This document shows, one piece after another, positions 7,951-17,800 of a stretch of DNA of 25,047 nucleotides. The stretch is from a virus. Its lineage: Duplodnaviria > Caudoviricetes. Both the position numbers and the translations under genes were made by a program. The stretch lies in the IMG/VR virus record IMGVR_UViG_3300025296_000120, positions 1-25,047 of that record; one strand, given 5' to 3'. The notes below the pieces were generated by a model. The model was not told the origin of the DNA. It saw only the letters and a program-made list of their open reading frames with translations, and searched no databases. Every line of letters starts with the position of its first letter. Position 1 is the first letter of the stretch.

Positions 7951-7974
7951 CATTTTTCTTGAAATTGGTATAAT
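7947..7974 (+). promoter_or_regulatory. Sigma70-type promoter upstream of the SSB-like gene
   Basis: TTGACA (7947-7952), 16-bp spacer, TATAAT (7969-7974), with an extended -10 TG. Confidence 0.8.
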
Positions 7975-8012
7975 GGGGCAATCTTTTTTTGAGCAAACCG
8001 AAAGGAATTATC

Positions 8013-8948
8013 ATGGAAACAGAACTAGTTACAATAGATAGTGCAAATTACGATATAGTGGCTGCAGCAATGGGTATTGAAGCAGAAAAATCTTCTTCTG
8101 TAAATTCTACAAATGCCCTTACCCGACTTCGTATCTGGAACAAGTCAGTAATGGGAACCATAGAAAAAGATGGCAAGCAAAGGCAGTTGGAAGTAGTTCC
8201 CGGTGGAACGTATCGTTTGGACGATGGCAGTGGTACGTATAAGTACTGTGAGCAGATTACGCTAAGGCCCTTTCTGCAAAGATTTAGGTACAATCGCTGG
8301 ATGCCATATCAGAAGCCTGATAAAAATGGTAGAAATGGTAAATATATAAAGTCCGCTTTTACTGCTGATTACAAGGCATTTAATTCCACTGACCTGATTG
8401 ATGAGTCAGGAGGATTCAACTGTGGTAGGCCATCTGGTTTTGTTAAGGAGTGGAATGAATTGCCAGAGGCTACTAGAAAGTTGATAACTTCTGTTAAGCG
8501 GGTTAGGACTATTTTTGGTACAGTTGAAATTGGTGGCTATCTCAACGAAGAGGGGGAAAATATAGAGGTTGAGTATGGAGAAGACCAAATACCTGTTATT
8601 TGGGAAATAGAAAATAATACGGCTTTCAAGATTATGGGAGATGCTCTTGCCAAATACAGACAGGCAGGCCGATTGTTTCCTCAACATAAGATACAATTGT
8701 TTACAGAGGGTTCTCCTATGGCTAATGGTAATATGTTGTATCAGCCTATCTTCAATGTCGATCTCACAAAAGAAGTTAAACTCACACAGCCTGAAGATAA
8801 TGATACACTCATGAACTTTCAGACATGGGTTAATAATTATAACAAGTACATTCAAACTTCGTATGATGAAAATGCCAATAACAGTCCTCTAACTTCAGAA
8901 CAAGAGAATGTAATTGAGGGATTTATCACCGTAGATGAAGGAGAGTAG
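8013..8948 (+). CDS. Putative single-stranded DNA-binding protein
   Basis: Located between polymerase and exonuclease, with an acidic C-terminus (FITVDEGE). ATG 8013 follows AAAGGA. The function is inferred from synteny. Confidence 0.6.
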   Translation: METELVTIDSANYDIVAAAMGIEAEKSSSVNSTNALTRLRIWNKSVMGTIEKDGKQRQLEVVPGGTYRLDDGSGTYKYCEQITLRPFLQRFRYNRWMPYQKPDKNGRNGKYIKSAFTADYKAFNSTDLIDESGGFNCGRPSGFVKEWNELPEATRKLITSVKRVRTIFGTVEIGGYLNEEGENIEVEYGEDQIPVIWEIENNTAFKIMGDALAKYRQAGRLFPQHKIQLFTEGSPMANGNMLYQPIFNVDLTKEVKLTQPEDNDTLMNFQTWVNNYNKYIQTSYDENANNSPLTSEQENVIEGFITVDEGE

Positions 8949-8950
8949 CT

Positions 8951-9814
8951 ATGGAACATCCTGTAGAGTTACTTGTGCATTCGTATCTTCAAGATGTACG
9001 ACAAGGTACTTCTACAATGTCTGAAGAAAACATACAGGGTATTGTGAAGCATGTGGAAGAAGCAGTTCGTAAGCAGTTTAAAAAACGGGAAGGAGATTTT
9101 AGACTACGGGCAAGCAACATAGGTAGAGTGGCCTGCCAACTTTGGTTTCAAAAAAATAAACCAGAGGCTGCTATTCCTCCACCTTCACATTTCTTATTGC
9201 GAATGATGATTGGAGACATTACAGAAGCTGTATTTAAAGGTGTACTTAAAGAGGCTGGCGCTACATTTGAGGAGCCAGAAAAAATTGAAACAGAAATAGC
9301 AGGAGAGAAAATATCAGGTGAGTATGACCTTGTGCTAGACAATAAGGTAGATGACATTAAATCCACAAGTCCTTGGAGTTACAAGAACAAGTGGCTTGAT
9401 GGGTACAGTATAGAAAAAAGTGATCCCTTTGGTTATGTAGGACAGCTAACTATTTATGCCAAAGGTAAAAATGTAGAACCCGGAGGATGGTGGGTTTTAA
9501 ATCATTCCACGGGAGAGTTTAAGTATGTTAAGTACACGAGTAACCCAGAAAAGGTTGTTAAAGATTTAGAAAAAACAGTAACAACCATAAAAAATAATGA
9601 GTTTAAGAGGTGCTTTAAACCTGTTAAAGAAACTTTTTATAAGAAGGAGACAGGAAGATATGTATTAGGTACAGAATGTAAATTTTGTAATTTTAGACAG
9701 GCTTGCTGGGGAGACATGTTGAGTGAAGAAGAGTCAAAAGTTAGTAAGGCAAAAATAAAGCCTATTGTTAGTTATATAGCTATGGAGAAAGGAGATGATA
9801 TCCATGTCAAATGA
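8951..9814 (+). CDS. PD-(D/E)XK Cas4-like exonuclease
   Basis: LRASNIG..CQLW, GEYDL..DDIKS, YVGQLxxY and C-terminal CKFCNFRQAC (1+3 Cys pattern). Confidence 0.85.
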   Translation: MEHPVELLVHSYLQDVRQGTSTMSEENIQGIVKHVEEAVRKQFKKREGDFRLRASNIGRVACQLWFQKNKPEAAIPPPSHFLLRMMIGDITEAVFKGVLKEAGATFEEPEKIETEIAGEKISGEYDLVLDNKVDDIKSTSPWSYKNKWLDGYSIEKSDPFGYVGQLTIYAKGKNVEPGGWWVLNHSTGEFKYVKYTSNPEKVVKDLEKTVTTIKNNEFKRCFKPVKETFYKKETGRYVLGTECKFCNFRQACWGDMLSEEESKVSKAKIKPIVSYIAMEKGDDIHVK

Positions 9815-10061
9815 TGAAGAAGGTAATGTATTTGAAAGTATGTCAGTAGAAGAGCTACAGGAAACTGTAGAAGAAATGTCTGTACAGTTGCGAGATGCAA
9901 AAGTAGCATTGAAGAATAAACGACTGTCTGGTGTTAGGGCAGCAATTGAGGCAAGGCGAGAAGCAGACTCTGACTTGACAGAGGAACTACGAAAGATAGG
10001 TTATAAGACAGGATCAAGAAGTTTATTTGTTGATCCATTTAGTGGTCGTTATCGTATGTAG
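9804..10061 (+). CDS. Small coiled-coil hypothetical protein
   Basis: ATG 9804 follows GGAG. The sequence is a heptad-like charged helix. Confidence 0.7.
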   Translation: MSNDEEGNVFESMSVEELQETVEEMSVQLRDAKVALKNKRLSGVRAAIEARREADSDLTEELRKIGYKTGSRSLFVDPFSGRYRM

Positions 10062-10078
10062 TCATGATTGGAAACCTT

Positions 10079-10112
10079 GGGGGAAAGTGTAAAAACTTTC
10101 CTCCTCTTTTTT
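10079..10112 (+). terminator. Intrinsic terminator
   Basis: Stem of GGGGGAAAGT (10079-10088) with ACTTTCCTCC (10095-10104), 6-nt loop, then TCTTTTTT. Confidence 0.7.
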
Positions 10113-10124
10113 GGAGATACATAT

Positions 10125-10604
10125 ATGATGAAAGAAATTGTAATATCCTTAGAAATGTTAGATGCGGCTAGACAAAAAGCAAAGGAGCTAGGAAAATTAA
10201 ATAATTCTATTCTAAAAGGTAAGGGAAACTTGGCAGGGTTTTTGGGTGAGCAAATTGCTCTGTCCTTTTTAGGGGGAGAGTGGCAAAATACATATGAATA
10301 TGATATTTTACTTTCTGATGGAGAGAAGGTGGATGTTAAAACTAAACAAACATCAGTTACGCCCCTACCTGAATATGATTGTAGCGTAGCTAAATATAAT
10401 ACTAAGCAACTGTGTGACTCCTATGCTTTTGTGAGAGTAAGAAATGACTTTACTGTTGGTTGGTATTTAGGAAAAATTAACAAGGAGGACTTTTTACAAA
10501 AGGCCATTTTTATGAAAAAGGGTGATGTTGATCCTAGTAATAATTATCGTGTACGGGCAGATTGCTACAATTTAAAAATACATGCGTTGGGAAATGTACA
10601 ATAA
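10125..10604 (+). CDS. Hypothetical protein, probable PD-(D/E)XK restriction-endonuclease-like fold
   Basis: GxLGE, YDI...VDVKTK pattern. ATG 10125 follows GGAG; the track TTG 10068 would run through the terminator. Confidence 0.6.
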   Translation: MMKEIVISLEMLDAARQKAKELGKLNNSILKGKGNLAGFLGEQIALSFLGGEWQNTYEYDILLSDGEKVDVKTKQTSVTPLPEYDCSVAKYNTKQLCDSYAFVRVRNDFTVGWYLGKINKEDFLQKAIFMKKGDVDPSNNYRVRADCYNLKIHALGNVQ

Positions 10605-11055
10605 AAAAGGATACTATGCGGTAAGGCAACGAGGATTTCGATCTGGCCTTGAGGAGAATATTGCAAAGCAAATTAAAAAAGCTAGGCATAAACTTCGTTA
10701 CGAAAAAGTTAAAATAAAATGGGTGGATTTTTCTATTAGAACTTACACGCCAGACTTTGTTCTTGATAATGGTATTATACTAGAGGTAAAAGGATTCTGG
10801 TCTACAGACGATAGAAGAAAACACGCAGAAATAAAAAAGCAGCACGGTGACTTAGACATCAGGCTTGTGTTTGAAAATAGTAAACGAAAGATAAGAAAGG
10901 GATCAAAAACTACATATGGTGATTGGTGTAATAAAAAAAGTATTGTTTATTGTGATAGAGTAGTTCCACAAGAATGGTTACGAGAGAAATTAATTTTAAT
11001 GCCGCAACAAGTAATTCAAATTAAGGGGAAACTAAGCTATGACTACACTTCATAA
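10582..11055 (+). CDS. T7 endonuclease I-like Holliday junction resolvase
   Basis: FRSGLEE, YE, YTPDFVL..GIILEVKG, DRRKH and DIRLVF motifs. The alternative start is 10594. Confidence 0.9.
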   Translation: MRWEMYNKKGYYAVRQRGFRSGLEENIAKQIKKARHKLRYEKVKIKWVDFSIRTYTPDFVLDNGIILEVKGFWSTDDRRKHAEIKKQHGDLDIRLVFENSKRKIRKGSKTTYGDWCNKKSIVYCDRVVPQEWLREKLILMPQQVIQIKGKLSYDYTS

Positions 11056-11374
11056 ATACTTGACACCAGATGATTTTGTCATTATACTGAAGCCAGTAAA
11101 AGAGGATGAAGGAGACATATCTCCGTGGACAGGGGAAGTTCAAGTGTCCATTGTAACCAATGTACAAGAGACTACTTTATCGGAAGAAGAATTTGGAAAC
11201 ATGCTTTTATTGTGTAACTTTGCAGCGGCTTCTATTCCTGCTATGGAGGAGAATAATTTTGTTCGGGAATTAATTGAAACGTATGTTCAAAAGAATATGC
11301 TTACACTTGTTTCTGATGATGAAATGAGTACAACACTTTTAACGCCAGATTCTGACACGAAAGGAAATGCCTGA
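11039..11374 (+). CDS. Hypothetical acidic protein
   Basis: The ORF is coupled to both neighbours. Confidence 0.7.
   Translation: MTTLHKYLTPDDFVIILKPVKEDEGDISPWTGEVQVSIVTNVQETTLSEEEFGNMLLLCNFAAASIPAMEENNFVRELIETYVQKNMLTLVSDDEMSTTLLTPDSDTKGNA
11060..11088 (+). promoter_or_regulatory. Internal sigma70-type promoter upstream of DUF3310 and RNR
   Basis: TTGACA (11060-11065), 17-bp spacer, TATACT (11083-11088). Confidence 0.6.
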
Positions 11375-11595
11375 TGACAATAGATATGGTAAATAGTCCT
11401 CCACATTATAACAAGCACGGTATAGAATGCATACAGGCAATTCGTGCCGCTCTTACAGACGAAGAATTTAAAGGGTACTGCAAGGGCAATGTGTTGAAGT
11501 ACACATGGAGAGAAAATTACAAAAACAAAATAGAGGACTTGAAAAAGGCAGAATGGTATGTAAATAAGCTGATTGAAAGTATGGAAAGTTTATGA
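11374..11595 (+). CDS. DUF3310 (SaV-like / T7 gp1.7 nucleotide kinase-related) protein
   Basis: DMVNSPPHY..GIECI.AI...GYCKGNVLKY.WR..YKN..EDLKKAEWY motif. Confidence 0.9.
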   Translation: MTIDMVNSPPHYNKHGIECIQAIRAALTDEEFKGYCKGNVLKYTWRENYKNKIEDLKKAEWYVNKLIESMESL

Positions 11596-11774
11596 AAGTA
11601 AAAGCACGAGTATCAATGCTTCTAGAATTAGACGCAGAAGAGTTTCTTATGCCTGTAGATGGTGATCCAACAGAGGAGCTTGAAGAAATGTTAGAAGAAC
11701 TAGTGGATCACCTTGACGGTACTAGACTTGTACGCCTTAACATTAAATGCACTGGAGGACAACTACATGAATAA
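11592..11774 (+). CDS. Hypothetical protein
   Basis: ATGA overlap with the upstream gene. The protein is acidic. Confidence 0.7.
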   Translation: MKVKARVSMLLELDAEEFLMPVDGDPTEELEEMLEELVDHLDGTRLVRLNIKCTGGQLHE

Positions 11775-13719
11775 TTTAATGAGTGATTACCAAAGAGTTA
11801 TAGCTATGTCACGTTACGCCAGATGGAATGGGGAAAAACAAAGAAGAGAAACATGGCAAGAGACAGTAACCCGCTTATTGAATTTCTATAAAGATTATTT
11901 AAAAAATAAACATAGCTATGCCATGCCAAAAGAACTGTACACTGATCTGTATGTAGCTATTGTAACCATGCAGGTAATGCCTAGCATGAGAGCTATGATG
12001 ACGGCTGGTCCAGCATTAGAGCGCAACCACATTGCTGCATACAATTGCAGCTATATGCCTGTTGATAGTCCACGAGCGTTTGATGAGTGTCTATATATTT
12101 TGATGCATGGAACAGGCGTAGGCTTCTCTGTGGAGAGGCAGTACATAGCACAACTTCCAAAAGTACCAGATGAATTTGAGGACAGTGAGACAACTATTGT
12201 TGTGCAAGACAGCAAAGAAGGTTGGCATCGTGGCTACAAGGAATTGATTAATCTTTTATACGCTGGCATGGTTCCTAAATGGGACATGTCAAGAATACGT
12301 CCAGCAGGAGCGAAGCTAAAGACTTTTGGTGGTAGGGCAAGTGGTCCTGACCCTCTAGATAACCTATTTGTATTTACTACAAACACATTCAAGAAAGCTT
12401 CCGGGCGAAAGTTATCTAGCATTGAGTGCCATGATCTTATGTGTAAAATTGCAGATGTCGTAGTAGTAGGCGGTGTTCGTAGGTCAGCCTTGATCAGTCT
12501 GTCTAACCTTTCAGATGATCGTATGCGCCATGCCAAGGCAGGATCATGGTGGGATACAGAGCCTCAACGTGCGCTATCTAACAACTCTGTGTGCTATACA
12601 GAAAAGCCAGACATAGGAACATTCATGCGTGAGTGGGTATCCTTGTACGATTCTAAATCAGGAGAGAGGGGAATATTTAATCGTAGGTCTGCTCAACAGC
12701 AAGCAGCTAAGTATGAAAGGAGAGATGCCAATATTGACTATGGAACTAATCCCTGTTGTGAGATTATTCTACGACCAAAGCAATTCTGTAATTTATCTGA
12801 AGTAGTCGTTAGAGCAGAGGATACGCCTGAAACATTGCAGAGAAAGGTTGAGCTTGCCACTATCTTAGGAACTATTCAGTCTTGTTTAACGGATATCAAA
12901 GGACTAAGTAGGCAATGGACACGTAACACTGAAGAAGAGAGGTTACTAGGTGTTTCCTTGACTGGGATCATGGACAATAAAATGTTAGCCAATAAAACAA
13001 AAGATAGCCTTCCTTCATTGTTGGTCAGTCTTAGGACACATGCAGTCAATACTAATCGTAAGTGGGCCTCTACACTAGGCATAGAGACTTCTGCAGCCAT
13101 TACCTGTGTCAAGCCTTCAGGAACAGTAAGCCAGTTAGTCAATGCTGCAAGCGGTATTCATCCCAGACATAATGATTATTATGTACGAACCATAAGAGCA
13201 GATAAGAAAGACCCACTGACACAATTTTTAGTTGATCAGGGCTTTCCACATGAGGATGCTGTAGAAAAACCAGATAGCATGACTGTGTTCTCTTTTCCAT
13301 TCAAGTCTCCAGATGCTGCAGTAACCAGAAAAGATATTTCTGCAATTGATCACTTGACTTTGTGGAAAATATATGCTACTAATTGGTGTGAACATAAGCC
13401 ATCTATTACAGTAAGCTTGAAGGAAGCAGAGTGGCTGGGAGTAGCTAATTTTGTGTACGATAATTTTGATGACATGTCAGGCATAAGTTTTCTTCCTATG
13501 ACTGAACATACATACAAGCAGGCTCCCTATCAGGACTGTGATAAAAAGGCTTATGTAGAACTTGCAAATAAAATGCCTGCACAAGTTGCGTGGGAGGAAT
13601 TTAGTAATTATGAAAAGGAAGATTTAACTTCAGGAACACAGGAACTAGCATGTACTGCAGATGCATGTGAGATAGTAGACTTTCCTTCTGTTATTCCTTT
13701 AGCTGCTTCCCCACAATGA
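11767..13719 (+). CDS. nrdJ: Class II (adenosylcobalamin-dependent) ribonucleotide reductase, monomeric RTPR-like
   Basis: PSMR, YNCS, GTGVGFS, GGVRRSA, TNPCCEI, CVKPSGTVS and C-terminal CTADAC motifs. No beta subunit is nearby. ATG 11767 follows GGAGGA. Confidence 0.92.
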   Translation: MNNLMSDYQRVIAMSRYARWNGEKQRRETWQETVTRLLNFYKDYLKNKHSYAMPKELYTDLYVAIVTMQVMPSMRAMMTAGPALERNHIAAYNCSYMPVDSPRAFDECLYILMHGTGVGFSVERQYIAQLPKVPDEFEDSETTIVVQDSKEGWHRGYKELINLLYAGMVPKWDMSRIRPAGAKLKTFGGRASGPDPLDNLFVFTTNTFKKASGRKLSSIECHDLMCKIADVVVVGGVRRSALISLSNLSDDRMRHAKAGSWWDTEPQRALSNNSVCYTEKPDIGTFMREWVSLYDSKSGERGIFNRRSAQQQAAKYERRDANIDYGTNPCCEIILRPKQFCNLSEVVVRAEDTPETLQRKVELATILGTIQSCLTDIKGLSRQWTRNTEEERLLGVSLTGIMDNKMLANKTKDSLPSLLVSLRTHAVNTNRKWASTLGIETSAAITCVKPSGTVSQLVNAASGIHPRHNDYYVRTIRADKKDPLTQFLVDQGFPHEDAVEKPDSMTVFSFPFKSPDAAVTRKDISAIDHLTLWKIYATNWCEHKPSITVSLKEAEWLGVANFVYDNFDDMSGISFLPMTEHTYKQAPYQDCDKKAYVELANKMPAQVAWEEFSNYEKEDLTSGTQELACTADACEIVDFPSVIPLAASPQ

Positions 13720-13829
13720 AAAAAAATACGTATGCATACAGTCCTCGTAAGAAGTTTAAACGAAGACACAAGCCTAAATTTCTTAGGCATAGAAAGAAAC
13801 TTGGTCCTAAATCTTCATGGAGAAATTAA
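13716..13829 (+). CDS. Putative 37-aa highly basic microprotein (MKKNTYAYSPRKKFKRRHKPKFLRHRKKLGPKSSWRN)
   Basis: Translated by hand. ATGA overlap with the nrdJ stop, and it fills the gap to the next gene. Confidence 0.6.
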   Translation: MKKNTYAYSPRKKFKRRHKPKFLRHRKKLGPKSSWRN

Positions 13830-14017
13830 TTGTGAAAAGTAAGTACATTAAAGACAGGCAACCTCCTCTAAAAATTCAAGTAGAGAAGGGTTATCGTGCA
13901 TTCCATACTGGTAAAATAATAAATCCCTACCTACCTAATACTGCTTTTTATAAAGAGTGGGAGCGGGGATTTAATATGGCATATTTTGAAAACTTGGAAA
14001 AATTAAATGCAGCTTGA
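13817..14017 (+). CDS. Rmf/CrpP-fold (ribosome modulation factor-like) protein
   Basis: KGYRAFHTG...NPY......EWERGF matches the RMF pattern GYxAxxxG...(C/N)PY...WxxGW. Confidence 0.55.
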   Translation: MEKLIVKSKYIKDRQPPLKIQVEKGYRAFHTGKIINPYLPNTAFYKEWERGFNMAYFENLEKLNAA

Positions 14018-14189
14018 GAATGAAGCTAAAGAATGGGTAAAAAAAAGAAGGGGCACAAAGGCCCCCTCTAATACTAGTTTTATAAGTACAGACAAAATGA
14101 AAAAAAGTATTCTACGACATTTTTACGTACTTTATTTTTTACTTGTTACATCTATGATAGCCTGTGCATACTACCATATTTTTCCTTAA
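14007..14189 (+). CDS. Hypothetical protein with C-terminal hydrophobic segment
   Basis: Hydrophobic stretch FYVLYFLLVTSMIACAYY. This is the last + strand gene. Confidence 0.55.
   Translation: MQLENEAKEWVKKRRGTKAPSNTSFISTDKMKKSILRHFYVLYFLLVTSMIACAYYHIFP
14039..14068 (-). terminator. Intrinsic terminator of the - strand late operon
   Basis: The - strand reads GAGGGGGC-CTTTGT-GCCCCTTC-TTTTTTTT, an 8-bp stem. Its G.U pair would be an A.C mismatch on the + strand. Confidence 0.7.
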
Positions 14190-14479
14190 CACTTCCATCT
14201 TTTACGAGCTTGACGTAAACGACTGTTAGGATTTTTTGCTGCCTTTGGAAACTTTTTCATTTGTCCCGCAGACCTAGCGCAATAGCTCTTGCGTCTATTT
14301 GCTCTTGATTTGGTGCGAGGTTTACTTTCTGTTACAGCGGTTTTTAGTTTACTGCCGGGATTCTTTTTACGATAAGCACGAACTCCTTTGGCAGTCATGC
14401 CAGCACCGGATTTTGTAGGTCTTTTATGACCTCCTTTAATGGTTAAGCCTTTCATACTAGAATTTTTCTTAGTTGCCAT
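14186..14479 (-). CDS. DUF6321-like basic phage protein
   Basis: GAGMTAKGV..YR..NPGSKLKTAVT...RRKSYCARS.GQMK...RLRQAR.RWKC motif. The start is 14479 or 14494. Confidence 0.75.
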   Translation of the reverse strand: MATKKNSSMKGLTIKGGHKRPTKSGAGMTAKGVRAYRKKNPGSKLKTAVTESKPRTKSRANRRKSYCARSAGQMKKFPKAAKNPNSRLRQARKRWKC

Positions 14480-14885
14480 TAGTTTTACCTGCATCCTTAA
14501 TCTGCTCTTGAAGCTCCTCCACCATTTCGTGGCGGGGCCTTTTTCTTTTAGCCCTCTTCAGTCCATATGCAGCACGAACTGTCTCATCATGTTCTATAAA
14601 ATTAACTTCAAGAACTCTAATTCTATCTACAAGCCTAATAAGAATTGTTTTACATTCGGACAGTTCTTTTTGTAAGCTGCTTCTAGTGTCTCGTATTTCT
14701 TCGTCTATCTCTTCTTTTAAAACAGCTATTCTCTTTGTAATGTCCTCGTGTTCATCATGAAGTTCTTGTTTAAAGTTTCCTGTTATCCATCTGATTAACC
14801 ACCATAATGCATAGCCAGCAGCAGCAGCCGTAAGTACTGGTATACCTACAGTCTCAAATACTTTCATGAACATTGTAGCAGACAA
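14469..14885 (-). CDS. N-terminal membrane-anchored coiled-coil protein (holin-like?)
   Basis: One TM segment (GIPVLTAAAAGYALWWLIRWI) followed by a long coiled coil. The function is unproven. Confidence 0.55.
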   Translation of the reverse strand: MSATMFMKVFETVGIPVLTAAAAGYALWWLIRWITGNFKQELHDEHEDITKRIAVLKEEIDEEIRDTRSSLQKELSECKTILIRLVDRIRVLEVNFIEHDETVRAAYGLKRAKRKRPRHEMVEELQEQIKDAGKTNGN

Positions 14886-17800
14886 TTACTGGGTTACTTT
14901 CGCTGCACGGGCATATAAATCTCTATAGTCTTCCCAGCTAGTGGGGGGATCGTTATCTTTTAAATACTCTATTTCTCCTATTTCCCGTTTTCCATCAGGC
15001 AGTTCAGAAAATTTAAGTTTGAATAAAAATGTAAGTTGGTTCTCTGCCTTTTTTATACTTTCTACATCATCAGAATGTTCATTCACCAGCTTCGTATATT
15101 TTTGCCCAACTGTGCTAATTAAATGATTGTATACATCACTTCTGCTTAAATCAAGAGATTGCTTTAACATCAGCTTTTGAGCATATCCTCCTCTAGGGGT
15201 TTCTGGTTGGTTTCTATATTCTGCTCCTGCTAGAAGTGGAACAAGCCTTTTTTCTGTGTATTCATTATACAAATCTTTTGCCATCTTATCTAGGTCAGGT
15301 TCTTTTAATTTTGGAAAAGCTCTATAGCTAGGTATTTTATGAAAATCCAATGCTTTTCGTACTATGTCTTTTGTTCTAACTGTTCCTCTACCTGTTAATT
15401 GCTTTCTTCCAGATCGTTCACGGGTAAGTAGTTCTCCAGAAGTGGCTGATCTTGCAGGCGTACCTACTCTAGTTCCATCCTTACCTTTAATTAAACCAAA
15501 GTATTTTCCTTCCATACTAATTGGTAGTGACCTAGTAGCCTTTGCTACAAATAAATCAAATGGGTTTACTTCAGCTTCAGGGTCTTGAATAATTCGGTAC
15601 TGTGGATCAACCAAGCCATAAATATCTCTAACTTCTCCCATACCAACAGTAAACGTATTTAAATAATTACCACCAAAAGTTGCTATCGTCCTTTTAAATC
15701 CGCCATAGTTTGCACCTTTAATAGATGTTTCCAAATCCCTATGAAGTGCATTTATCATTTCAAGTCCAGTACCAGTTCTAAAGGTAGTACCAAATACGGC
15801 TTTATTAAATTGAGCAAGCATTTCATTGGGGTCTTTAAACATTGATTCCAAAAACGAATCTTCAGCTACTCTAGCCCAATTTTTTCTTGTTTGTTCCCCT
15901 ACAACAAGAGGAACATCGCCTAATGGAAGTCCTGTAGCATCACTAACTGTTTTATTTCGCATATTCGATCTAAGTATTAAATCTGCTGCAAACATATAAG
16001 GAGCAAAGGGGCCATAAAAAGCCAAAGCATTTTCATATTCTCCTGTTTCCTCATCGTACCATTCCCACCATTTTGCATCTGGACCTTGTTGTGCTCGTAA
16101 CTGAATAGCACCGTATAGCATTCCTGTACCAGTAAGTTGTTTAGCAAGTTTTTCTTTCGTACCTCCTTTTGAAGCCAACCCAAGAATGGGCGCATGTGTC
16201 CACATGAACTCAACAGAGTTCATTATAAATTTAGGAAAAGGTATTAACCAAGTTGTAGCTGGAGTACTTAAAAGTTCAAGAAAGCCAGAAGCTTTTGTTT
16301 TTTTGCCGTTTATGCCTCTATATGATTTTTGGTAAGTGAATGACAATGCTTCATTCATGGCCTTTGCTATTGTTTCTTTATCAATAGTGGAAAATTTTCC
16401 TTCCTTCATCAGTTTTCGTAGTTCTTTTACTCCGACTAGGCTCTGCAATTCAGACATGAATACCGCACGTTTAAAGGCATTATCTGAAACAGTGTTCAAT
16501 ACATTTAATTTCCTAGAGAAATTTGCAAATCCTGATCCGAAGCCCATAGCAGCCGCAACATCTGCATTTTGCATATACAGTCTTCCAAATGTTCTTGGCA
16601 TCTCATCTGCAAATAATAGTCGCAAGGCATTTGCTTCAGATTGATTCCAAGTCATAGACCTAAAAAGTCGCATTCCTGATCCGGCCCGTGCTGCACCTTT
16701 TGCAATTTTTCCTGTAGCCATATCCAGAACACCATGCCCTAGATTATCCAAAGCAAATAGAAAAGTTCTGCCTGTAGCATTTGCCGTGTTTCTAGCAGTG
16801 GTAGCTGTTTGGATAGTCATTAAACCCAGCCTAAATTTATCCATATTTTTAATTAGTTCTCTTGCCCTACCGGGAGTTTTTTCAAATACCTCAAGTGCTC
16901 GTTGAAAAGTCTCATCTCCCAATTGCATTTTATCTATTATTTTATGTTCATTAGATAACTGCTGCAGCAATTTTTTTCGTGAATGCCCTCCTAAAGAAAG
17001 TGTTCTACCTGCTTCTGACATTTCGGCAAGAAATATATTTGCCAGTTGGTCTTGTGTAAGACCATACTTGTCCATAATTTCCATTAATTTTTTACCACCA
17101 ACAACCTCTACACCCATATCATCTGTTGCCAGAGCACCTTGTTTTGTTAATGCTCTCCACATTATTTCTGATAGTCTTGCAGTTGCAGGAATGTCTTTTA
17201 CTCCTGCTGCGAGTAGGATTTCTACAGCAGCACCCTTCATGTTTCTTATCACATCTGCATTCATCTTAACTTCAAAATGATCCTTCATAAAATCTGGTGT
17301 TAGTCTCTGTTTTAGTGATGCACCCTCTTCTAGTTCTTTACCTAATCTCTCTGCCAACGGGTCTAGTCTTTTAGACACAGCGTTATACATTTCTCTATTG
17401 GTTTCTTGTAATTTAGCAACCGCCTTTGATCCAAATTCAAGCCGTTTGGAACGTGCCTTTATCCCATCACTTAGTAATTCCATAGCCTTTCGTTCTTGCA
17501 TGGCCGTTTTAGCAGCTATACCACCGCCAATGACTACACCGGGAACTGCTCCAGCTAGAAAACCAACTCCAGCATATTTTCCTACACTAACGTCTTTATA
17601 TTCTTCTACTCCTGTGTCTTTACGAGCGGCCCCATATAAACCCCCCTGAACCGCTCCTACAGTACCTTCTACTGCTCCTGCTGAAAGGGCACCTCCCAGT
17701 GCTCTTTTTTTGATATTTGTAGAAGCAAGAGCTTTTGCTGTCTGATTTATGGTTCTGGTAGCTCCAAATGCAGCGCCCTTTGCCATCAGAGAAGTAGCGC

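Noticed and set aside
8951-9814. Cas4-like gene as part of a CRISPR-Cas system
   Set aside because: No cas1/cas2 or array is present. Solo Cas4-like exonucleases are normal in phage replication modules.
9975-10006. TTGACA as another promoter
   Set aside because: There is no convincing -10 hexamer at 16-18 bp spacing.
5905-13719. Inteins, introns or stop-codon recoding in the polymerase or RNR
   Set aside because: Both frames are continuous and of normal length, with no intein termini. The standard code gives dense gene packing.
272-13790. Many 60-150 aa - strand ORFs in the left arm, plus the alternative-frame ORF 1047-1385
   Set aside because: They are shadows of well-supported genes, with no motifs or SD sequences.
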